Shown here: piece after piece, positions 1-8,916 of the stretch
How the letters are laid out: each line of letters opens with the position of its first letter
How positions within the stretch are numbered: position 1 is the stretch's first letter
Program-made: the position numbers and the translations under genes
Notes under the pieces: model-generated
Databases searched by the model: none
Told to the model about the DNA's origin: nothing
Seen by the model: the letters and a program-made list of their open reading frames with translations, nothing else
NCBI RefSeq assembly: GCF_018420025.1
Contig: NZ_JAEDAM010000021.1
Coordinates: 1-14,505 of the forward strand
DNA length: 14,505 nt
Direction: 5' to 3'
From: Candidatus Vampirococcus lugosii
GTDB taxonomy: Bacteria > Patescibacteriota > Gracilibacteria > Absconditabacterales > Absconditicoccaceae

Positions 1-172
1 AATATCTAATTTAGTTTTAGATAATGTAAATATTCAACTACTCAATCTTTTTTATAATTTCAAGAGATTTTTTATATACTATAAAAATTTTTTATATATA
101 AATTTCTTTGCAAAATTCAAATAAATAATTAAAATTCAATATTGAAATTTAATCAAAAATAAAAATAAAAAA

Positions 173-493
173 ATGAGTGAAGAGAATAAAATCTATATAA
201 TAATTTGAAAAGAAAGTCCTACAAACAAAATATTGTCAAAATTATTAAAAGAACATATTAAAGAAACTGAATGAATTAAAGATAAAAATATATTACCAGC
301 TTTAGAAAATAGTCTTACAGAAAAAACATCATTAAAAAAATTTATAAAAGACATATTAGAAATTACTAACAATAAGAAAATTGAGTTTATTTCTTTAAGT
401 TTTAGGAATACAAAAGATGAAGATATATCATATATTAATTCACTTCAAAAAGAATTTTCAATTAAATCATTTGAAGAATATTTACTTTCTTAA
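173..493 (+). CDS. hypothetical small protein (106 aa, table 25)
   Basis: ATG at 173 and TAA at 491-493. The frame is open only if two in-frame TGA are sense (MSEENKIYIIIGKESPTNK...SFEEYLLS). No motif recognised. Its 3' end overlaps the convergent gene 482..1231 by 12 nt. Confidence 0.4.
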
Positions 494-1231
494 TAAATTA
501 AAAAAGTAATTTATTAAACTATCAACTTTATTTTTATTAAAATTATAAAATATCTGATTTTGTGGATTAATTTCATTTATTATTTTAATATATTTATTTT
601 TTTCTATTGGAGATAATATAGAATAAATTCAATCATCATCTTTACCTAAGTCTCATATACTAAATAAATCATATCAACCTTTTTTAAAGTTAAATCAATT
701 TATATATAAAATTCAACTAGAAAAATTCTTATATAATATAACATAAGAATAATATCACTCATCTTCAATATTTAATCTTTTTTCAGCTCAAGGAGATAAT
801 AATAAAGATTCATAATCTTTAATAACTTTAAGATCTGAATATTTTCTTTTATTTTCATCATAATATTTATAACAATAGATAATATTACTTGCTTCAAATT
901 TTCAATCATTAACAATGATAGGATATCCTTCTTTAGACTGCAATTTAATTAAAGGTCTAAACTCTTCAAAAGCTAATTTATTTTGAATTTCACTATTTTT
1001 ATTAAATTTATAAGCCAAATATCAAACAACAATAGCTACTATAAAACTTCAAACTCATCATAACACTTGAAACCATTCAGCAGAATTTTCACTAAAAAAT
1101 AAAAAATTAAAAGATAATCAAAAAGAATTAATTACACTTTCAAAGTATAATCAAAAAAGGAAAAAGAAAATTGAAAATAAAACTACTATTATTTTATAGT
1201 TTGAAGTGATTTTTTTAAATATTTTTATCAT
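482..1231 (-). CDS. hypothetical membrane protein (249 aa), two N-terminal TM helices plus an unknown soluble domain
   Basis: ATG at 1231 (minus), 18 nt after the hsdS stop; TAA at 484-482. Hand translation is uninterrupted with TGA=Gly (MIKIFKKITSNYKIIVVLFSIFFFLFGLYF...VLGGVGSFIVAIVVGYLAYKF...NYFFNLLRK). Two hydrophobic segments are followed by a roughly 170-aa Tyr/Asp/Lys-rich domain I do not recognise. Confidence 0.5.
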
Positions 1232-1249
1232 AACAATAAACTTAATCAG

Positions 1250-2656
1250 TTAAAATTCTTTATTTTCCAAAAATTCAATTGCTTTTGTTTCATCTTGTTC
1301 TATAAAGATTTCTACAGATTTTTTTGCTTTTTCCAATAGATTTTTTGAATTTTCCAATGCTTTGTGTGAATCTTGTACTAATTGAGCTATTTTTGATTGA
1401 ACTTTTTCATCAAGTTTTGGTAGTATAAATTTAGCAAAATCATTTTTATTACTTGCTTCTAAGATCATTCCTCTTGCAGTTCTTTTCAATAGTTCTCTAT
1501 AAATCCAAGATTTCATTAAAATTAAATTTGTTTCAGCATTAAAAAATTTTGGTTTCAATATAAAAAATCAAGTAGAAGCAACAAAATCTTCTTTATTATG
1601 ATCAACAATAGCTACTTTCTCAGCAGAACCACGAATAGAAGAAACAAGAACATCATTTTTTTCTATTTTCATTTGTGCCCTACTTGGTAAGTCTTGAGAT
1701 AATATTTTATTATTTGAATTTACAGTTCCCAAACTTGCATTTATATCTGCAAGTTCTATATATTGAAAAGATTTGTTTTCCTCTTTTTTGATTCTTTTAT
1801 TTGAAATTGTTATAAGATTATCTAAATGATCCCATCATCAATGATAGTTTTTAATTTTTTCTATAATTTCATCATATTTTGGTTGGAAAAATTCAGCATC
1901 TATTCTTCAGAAAATATCTATTTCTTTACTATCTTTGATAGAAATATTGTTTTCTGTAGGTTGATAATCTTCTAATCAAATTTCTTTTAGCAATACTTGT
2001 TCAGCTTGTGAATATAGTTTTTTTGATTCTTCTCTTTGTTGGTAAGATTCTTGAACAAGTTCAGCTATTTTTTGTTGGAAAGAATTTGAAGGAATAGGAA
2101 AAGGTAGGTTATCTAATATATAAGTTGGAAATCTTGGGTGCTCATTTCATTCTTGACTATAAAATAATATTTTTTGAACTTCTTCAGTAGATAGAAATAT
2201 ATATAAAAATTCAGGCAATAGTCAATTATTAGTTTTTAATGGTAGCAATTCAGTTGTTGTATATACTAAATCATCAAAAATAATTCAAACTTGTTGTAAA
2301 TACGGTCTCAAACGAGAAATAACAACTATTTTATTTCATACAATATTTTTTGTGCTTTTTATATTAGAAACTTTAGATTCTATTATCTCATTTATTTGAA
2401 AATTTCATATATTTTCTAGTTCTAATAATTTTATTACTTCATTTTGATTTTTATAATTTTTGGGACTAAAAGTTTTTTTATCAAAATAAAATAATTCTCA
2501 TAATTTACAATATTTTTTAGATTTTAAATAAGATATAGAATTTATTTTTTTAGGATGATAAACTTCTGCTCATATTCTATAAGAATATTCCAAATCTTTC
2601 ACTTCCACAATTGAAACATCAAGATTTTTTTGTTCTATTATTTGTTGGTAGGTCAT
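1250..2656 (-). CDS. hsdS: type I restriction-modification specificity subunit HsdS (468 aa)
   Basis: Continuous frame with table 25 from ATG 2656 to TAA 1252-1250. It has two target-recognition halves, each opening with the family motif (RIGAEVYHPK and RIDAEFFQPKY). There are two conserved coiled-coil spacers (FQQKIAELVQESYQQREESKKLYSQAEQVLL and VQSKIAQLVQDSHKALENSKNLLEKAKKSV), which is the classic internal duplication of HsdS. Confidence 0.9.
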
Positions 2657-4095
2657 TGGTTTTTAAGACTATTTAAAATTTTTATCATTTCTTGTATAGA
2701 ATTATCTAATTCTTCCTCTGAATAATCATCATTATGATTATTCTCTGGATGATGAATAGAATGTCTTATATATTCTTGAAGTGAAACATCAATTTCTTTT
2801 CATTTAATTCAATTTTTATCTTTAACCCATTTTTTTGTTTTATCTATTTCATTTAATTCAATTTTATTTTTTATTTCTAAATATCAATAAAGCTCATTAT
2901 GAAATTCAACTGTAGGTAAATTATAAGCATAATAATTTATTTCTCACCAAGAAGGACTATATTTTCAAAATAATCAAAAGTTTTCAGCTGTATTTTGTAT
3001 TTTTATAGTTTCATCTTCTTTAGTAAAAATATTTACTTTTTTTAATTTTCATCAAGTTTCTTTAAAAATATATGGAGAATGTGTTGTTAAAAAAATTTGT
3101 TGTGTTTCTGATAACTTATTTAATGCTTTAATAAGTTTTATTTGAGCTTTAGGATGTAAACAAATTTCAGGCTCATCAATAAAAAAATAAAATGGTTTTT
3201 TATTTTTTTCTTCTGATTCTGGCAACATATTTATATATACTTGTAATAAAGTTAATGCTATAGCTCTTTGCATTCAACTTCATTTCTCATCTAAAAAAGT
3301 TTTTGTTCCATCATCAACTTCAATTTTTGTATTTTTAAAATATGAACTAACATCTAAATTTTCAAAGTGAAAGTTTATTTTTGCATCTCAAAATTGTTCT
3401 TTAAAAGTTGTTTCTACATCTTGTCAAATTTCATTCAATTTTGATTTTAAACTATTTTCTCAATCATTAAAAACTTCATTATATTTTTTCTCAAAATCAA
3501 TATATTCTTGACTATCCTTAAATCATTCAGATATTTTTGAAATCAATTTTCAAACTATAGTTGTACTTCAAAATTTAGTTATTTCTTCTGGATTTGTATC
3601 TGCCCAAATAAAATCAATGTCAAAATATTGTTTAAAAGATTTATCAAATCAAGTAGGATTTTCATATTGCAAAGATTCAAAATTATAAACTCATAATTTT
3701 TTAATATTCATATCAACAGACTTTTTTCATCATTGATCAATTACTTTTTTCTCTGAACTTCTTCATAATTTAATTAATTCCATTCAATCATCTAATTTTT
3801 GAATATATTTTTCATATTTTGGTCTTAAATTATCTAATGAATTTCAAAGCATTTCAATTTTAACTATTACAGGATTATTTTTATTGTTTTTATTTTTTAA
3901 ATCATCTTCATTACTTCATTTTGGTAGTCAAGAAAATAAAAAATTAACAGCTTCAAAAACTGTTGATTTTCAAGTATTGTTTTCTCATATAAAAAAGTTT
4001 AATCAATTATTTTTTTGATTTGGAAAATTAAAATCTATTTCAGTTTTTCATCAAAATCATTTAAAATTTTCAATTATGATCTTTTTTAAAAACAT
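2638..4095 (-). CDS. AAA/ABC-type (SMC/OLD/AAA_15-21-like) ATPase with a C-terminal R-x4-H (HEPN-like) domain, embedded in the type I R-M operon (485 aa)
   Basis: ATG at 4095 and TAA at 2640-2638. N-terminus is FLKKIIIENFKGFGGKTEIDF. Walker A is GENNTGKST, with both glycines encoded by TGA. Signature-like GSGMQRAIAL, Walker B FYFFIDEPEICLHP and H-loop LTTHSP are present. The C-terminal ~140 aa (KYSPSWGEINYYAYNLPTVEFHNELYGYLE...LQEYIRHSIHHPENNH...) contains RHSIHH, which fits R-[NHD]-x3-H. The gene overlaps the hsdS start by 19 nt. Confidence 0.85.
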
Positions 4096-4120
4096 TTTCA
4101 ATCAATTTTAAAAAACTAAA

Positions 4121-6052
4121 CTACTCACTCAAAAAATTAAAATCTTGTTCTTTTCACCACTGCACAAAAGCATCTGCTATATCCATCAAATCAGTTTGTA
4201 ATACTCTATTTTCATTTTCATCTTCTTTATATACATAATCACCACTATTATCTTTGAAAGGTAATTTGGAAGTAGCAAAAAATATTGGATAATTTTTAAC
4301 TTTTGGATTTCATCACTCATCAAGTTCATCTTCTTTCCATTTTTGTAAAAACAATACTGATGTTTTTGTTCAAGTATGAGGTTTAAAAGCATTTTGATCC
4401 AATCCTACTACTGACAAAATCCTTGCTTTTTTCATGATAAAATCACGAATATGTTCTTCTGATGTATTATTAAAAACTCATTGAGGCAAAACTATTGCAA
4501 GTCTTCAACCAGGTTTTACTACAGATAAATTTCTTTCTATAAATAAAATATGTCTTGAAGTTTGACTTACAAGCTTTCATTTTTGATTTTTACCTAAATC
4601 ATAATCAGATAACAATCTTTTGTCTGCTACTTTACCAGCAAAGGGAGGGTTTGCCAATAGCACATCAAATTTTAGTTCTTTTAAACTTTCTTTGTTTTCT
4701 TTATCTTTTTTAATATCTGAAAATTCTTGTATAAGATGAGATCTTTCTAATTCATATTTTATAGGTGATTTATGCCAATTGTTTGTATCCAAAGAATTAA
4801 GTTTGAAAATATGACTTTTACCATCTCAAGCTATAAGCATAATAGCCCTTGAAATCTTGGAAGTTCTTTCATCAAAATCTATACCAAATAAATATTTTTT
4901 TGCATATCTATCCCTAAAATCTGAATCAGAAGCTTTTGGAAAATGTTTTTCTCTTACATATTTCATAGTATGCACCAAAAATCAAGCACTACCACAAGCT
5001 GTATCTATTACATAATCTTTTTTTCAAGGATTCAACATTTTTACACACATATCAATAACTACTCTTGGTGTAAAATATTGTCCTTTCTCTCATTTACTAG
5101 ATTTTTGTATAAGATACTCAAATGCATCATCTATCACTCTTAAATCACTTCCAAACAATGATATATTTTCAAGTAATCAAACACATAAAGACAAATGTTC
5201 TGGTGATAATTTAATTTTATCTGTTGTTTCAAAAATATCATATTGCCATTCTTCTTTTGCTGATTCAAAAAGTTCATCTATTGCATCTTTAGTTTTTTGT
5301 AGATTTTTACCATATTTTCTAAAAAATAGTTCTTCATTTTGTCTATCTTTTGCCTCTGTTTCATCAAATAATTTTGCAAATATTATTTTAAAAATCTCTT
5401 CAAATGCATCAAAACCAGTATGAGCCAAAACTAATTCTTCCAAGTCTAAAATTACTTTTGAAAGATCTTGTTCTTCAAGGTCTGATAAAGTTTTCTTTTT
5501 CTTAAAAAGATCTTCTACTTCTTCACCATATTTTGGAATGTCTCAAAGTGTATCAAAGTCAGCTGGATAAGGTCTATATAAGATAGTATGTACTTGTCAG
5601 TTCAAAGCAACTCATATAGGAGCTCATTTTGCATTTAGATAACTTTTCAATTGTTCAAGATCATTTTTTTGTCATGGAGCTTTTAGTTCTATTACAATTT
5701 TTTCTGTAGTATTATCATCACTATATACTACAACATCTACTCTTTTATGATCATATTTTTCTCTACCAAATTGGACATCAACTTCAGTATCTATAAGTTT
5801 TTTTGGATATTTATATTTTTTGATCAATTCATCTATATATAATTGTTTTACTATCTCTTCTGGTGCAGATTTTCAAGTTGTTTCATTATATATAAGTCTT
5901 TCTTCTTCTCTTCTTCATAATGATTTAATATAATATTTACCTTCTTCTCAATCTTTTGTATAAAATTTTAGATTTTCAAGATTATCAAATAATAATAATG
6001 ATTTTTCAGGGTTTGGAAAAATTTTTTTTAAAACTTCTTTAGTATACACCAT
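4121..6052 (-). CDS. hsdM: type I R-M N6-adenine DNA methyltransferase HsdM with an N-terminal HSDR_N-like (PD-(D/E)xK-type) domain (643 aa)
   Basis: ATG at 6052 and TAG at 4123-4121. SAM motif I is VIDTACGSAGFLVH and catalytic motif IV is LLANPPFAG. PGGRLAIVLPQGVFNN and AFKPHTGTKTSVLFLQKW are typical HsdM. The N-terminal ~160 aa carry RVDVVVYSDDNTTEKIVIELKAPGQKNDLEQLKSYLNAKGAPIGVALNGQ (D...ExK). Confidence 0.92.
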
Positions 6053-6121
6053 AATATAAATATTTTGTAAATAAATACTACTTTTTATATACTCATTTTA
6101 AACTTTTTTTCAACCAAAATA

Positions 6122-6874
6122 TTAAAATATATAAGGAAATAAAGCAGGAGTTTTTGATTTATATTTTTCATATTCACTATTTCATTTATATCTATTGTCA
6201 GTCATAGCAACTCAAGATACAAAAATTAATAGTAAAAAAATTACTAAAAATCATATTAATGAAAAAATATTAATTTGTAATCAAATAAAACTTATTCAAA
6301 ACCAAAAACAAATTTCTCAAAAATAATTTGGATATCTATGAAATTTTCTCAATCATTTTTTTAATATTTCTCATTTTTTTCTAATTTTCAAAAACTTAAA
6401 TAATTGATAATCTGCTATACTTTCATATATTAATCAAAATAAAGATATAATAGTTCATATAATTAAAAATATATTAATTCAAAAATCTTTTTCTCAATAA
6501 AATATTATAAATAAAGGTATAGCTATGATAAACATAATTATCATTTGTAAAATATATATTTGAAAAAAACTTTGAGTATAGAAATATTTCCATTCATTTC
6601 TCCATTCTTTATATCTACTATCTTCTCAAGGTTTTTTTAATTTTCTATAAAATATATAACTTGACAATCTAAGTCCCCAAGCAAGAATTAAAAATAATGT
6701 TGTTAGTTGATAAATATATTGATCTGATTGAAAAAATAACATTATTGCTATGATTCAAAATCATAATCACCAAAATATATCAACTATAGAATTATCTTTG
6801 ATATATATTGATATAAAAAATAAAACTAAATAACATAAAAAAATAACAAGTAAAATACTAATAATATCTATCAT
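6122..6874 (-). CDS. DUF1295 / steroid-5-alpha-reductase-like polytopic membrane protein (250 aa)
   Basis: ATG at 6874 and TAA at 6124-6122. Family motifs are visible after recoding: IVDIFWGLGFG, AWGLRLSSYIFYRKLKKPGEDSRYKEWR, ADYQLFKF, GLRKFHRYPNYFGEICFWFG and SGVAMTDNRY...KTPALFPYIF. Confidence 0.8.
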
Positions 6875-6922
6875 AAAAATTTTAATTTAAATAAATAAAA
6901 TTTAATTAATATCAAAAAATAA

Positions 6923-7210
6923 CTAAATTTCAATAGCATTAATTTTATTTAAAATAAATTCTTTATCTTGTGTTCAACATAACACAAAAACTTCTTGTGC
7001 TGTTCATCATTTTTTCATAATAAATTTCATTCCACTTTCAGTTTTGTAAGAAAATGAGATCTTTTTATGACTAGATCATTTTTGTTTTCTATAAATTCTT
7101 CAAGGTATAATTCTTTTAACTTGAGGAATTTTTTCTATACTTTCCAAAACTTTTTTGAAATCACTCAATATATGATGTTCTTTTTTTATTTTTCAAGATT
7201 GATATTTCAT
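6923..7210 (-). CDS. hypothetical small protein (95 aa), translationally coupled to the upstream CPBP protease
   Basis: ATG at 7210 lies 1 nt after the CPBP stop (TAA-T-ATG); TAG at 6925-6923. Sequence is MKYQSGKIKKEHHILSDFKKVLESIEKIPQVKRIIPGRIYRKQKGSSHKKISFSYKTESGMKFIMKKGGTAQEVFVLCGTQDKEFILNKINAIEI. The IIPGRI...GG.AQEVFV pattern is vaguely reminiscent of a small DUF family (possibly DUF2103), but I cannot confirm this. Confidence 0.5.
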
Positions 7211-7211
7211 A

Positions 7212-8009
7212 TTAAAAAAATATTATTCAATATAATTTTTCTCATTCTTTTATTTCATTTAATATTTTATCTGAAAAAAATATTATAGTAAAAGCAATTC
7301 AATTTACCAAAAAATGAAATGCAAAAGTATATATCAAAGATTTTGTTTTATTATATATATAAGCAAGTATTAATGCCAAAATAAATAAATTTCAAAATAC
7401 TGAAAATTCAAAATGGATGAATGTAAAAATAAATGCAGAAAAAAATATTCAAATATATTTTCAATATCATTCAGTCAACATTTTTTGTATATATCATCTA
7501 TAAACTATTTCCTCAATAAGAGGCACCAATATAGCTATCATCAAAAACATAATTAAATGTTCATACCAATTATTTATAGAGATTTGTCATATAAAATTAG
7601 CTACATTTTGTTCTCCAAAAAAACCTGGAAAATTAATTCAAATTAAGTTTATTATAAATAATAAAAATCATGATATTAAAATATATAAAAAATATGCACC
7701 TATAGTATATTTAAATAAATTAATAAATCATAACCAAACAAATTGTTTTTTATAAAAATTTATTATATAATTAAAAAATTTTTCTTTAATATTATTTTCA
7801 CTTACTTTCATAGCAATAAATAAAAATATTCATACAAATATTTGTTGAAATAAAAATGCAATAATAAAAATACTAATAAAATTTAAATTTAAACTTAAAA
7901 AAAATGATTTTATTAATTCTACATAATATGTAGGTAAATATTTCAAAAATAAGTTTAGCATAAGATAAAGTCAAACAAATGTAGACACTCACAATAATTG
8001 TTTTTTCAT
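7212..8009 (-). CDS. CPBP family intramembrane glutamic endopeptidase (CAAX protease / Abi domain, 265 aa)
   Basis: ATG at 8009 and TAA at 7214-7212. The protein is polytopic and hydrophobic, with the three CPBP motifs in order: EEIVYRGY (EExxxR), FSAFIFTFIHF (FxxxH) and FHFLVNG (HxxxN). Confidence 0.8.
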
Positions 8010-8045
8010 TTTTAACAAAAAACTAAATATATAAAAAAATAAAAA

Positions 8046-8795
8046 TTACTTTATAATATCTTTTTGAACTACAAAAACACTATTTCTACTATTTTTAATA
8101 GTGTCATTTTCTCATTTATTATTTATATAAAAAATATCTCTAATACAAAATCAACTTGATTTCAATAAATTTATTTTTTCCATATGAGAAAATATATGAT
8201 AATATCTATATAATGTTTTTTCTCAATTTTTCCAAGGTATATAAATATCTTTCATAGAAAAATATCAAGAACTTAATATAGATTTCAATCTAGAAAAAAA
8301 AATATTTTTATTATACTTTTTTCTAAACCAATCTGACATAGTCCAGTTTATAGAAATCAATTTTCAATTATATTTCAATATTTTGTAAATATACTTCAAA
8401 ATTAATTTTCTTTCAGATTTGTTTGGAATATGTTGAAAACTTGCTATCATAAAAACAAAATCATATTCTTCTTGACTTTCATTTTGTAAAAAATCTAACA
8501 TATCACTTGTATAAAAATTATAATTTGGATATTTATTTTTTGATATATTTATCAAATTTTCAGATATATCAACTCAAGTATAATCTATTTTTTCAAAATC
8601 AGATAATTCTTCTTGTAAATAATTTAAAATCCTAGCATTACCACATCCCAAATCTAATATTTTAATATTTTCTTTTTTATATTTTTTAATTTTTTCCAAA
8701 ATTATTTTAAATTCTGGCCAATATTTTTGTCTAGTTTGATTTCGTTTTTCACTTTGAGAATTATAAAAATCTTTAATTTGTTGTTTTGAATTCAT
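8046..8795 (-). CDS. class I SAM-dependent methyltransferase (249 aa), Trm9/ALKBH8-like C-terminal pattern
   Basis: ATG at 8795 and TAA at 8048-8046. Motif I is ILDLGCGNARIL. The post-I motif YTGVDISENLI has its Gly encoded by TGA. FVFMIASFQHIP is present. The C-terminal IYIPWKNGEKTLYRYYHIFSHMEKINLLKSSGF resembles the RYYHxF...GF pattern I associate with Trm9-type tRNA methyltransferases. The subfamily call is tentative. Confidence 0.8.
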
Positions 8796-8840
8796 TTATA
8801 TATTAATTAATATTTTTATATAAATAATATTATTAAAAAT

Positions 8841-8887
8841 AATATTTCATCACTCATTACAAGTGGATAAATATTTCATCAGTCATT
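8841..8887. repeat. two 18-nt direct repeats (AATATTTCATCA[C/G]TCATT) with 29-nt period, in the PBP-methyltransferase intergenic region
   Basis: Copies at 8841-8858 and 8870-8887 differ at one position. They lie between the PBP stop (8917) and the methyltransferase start (8795), so on the minus strand they are upstream of the methyltransferase. Confidence 0.5.
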
Positions 8888-8916
8888 CTGAGCGAAGGCG
8901 AGGAATCTATTAATAT

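Noticed and set aside
1-172. Possible 3' end of an upstream plus-strand gene (frame 1 stops at 7-9) and short repeated ATTTTTTATATA motifs
   Set aside because: Only two codons are visible, so no gene can be supported. The short AT repeats are expected by chance in this intergenic composition.
4186-4392. 68-aa minus-strand ORF from the track (MLLNLILEQKHQY...)
   Set aside because: It lies in a different frame from hsdM and entirely inside the hsdM 3' region. It is low-complexity with no motifs, so it is an off-frame shadow.
4943-5143. Plus-strand track ORFs at 4943-5143, 7067-7288, 9553-9804, 9858-10040, 11319-11858 and 11887-12075
   Set aside because: All are antisense to well-supported minus-strand genes (hsdM, the CPBP/small ORF pair, PBP, topA). 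They encode Phe/Ile/Tyr-rich low-complexity strings typical of antisense frames in AT-rich DNA.
8823-8847. AT-only hairpin (AATATTATT / AATAATATT) as a terminator after the PBP gene
   Set aside because: The 9 pairs are all A-T with no G-C and no clear U-tract in the correct orientation. This is indistinguishable from chance in this composition.
8850-8895. C/D-box-like TGATGA and CTGA motifs on the minus strand (AATGACTGATGAAAT...GAGTGATGAAAT)
   Set aside because: Box C/D sRNAs are archaeal or eukaryotic, whereas this is a bacterial gene context. The motifs are simply part of the 18-nt direct repeat.
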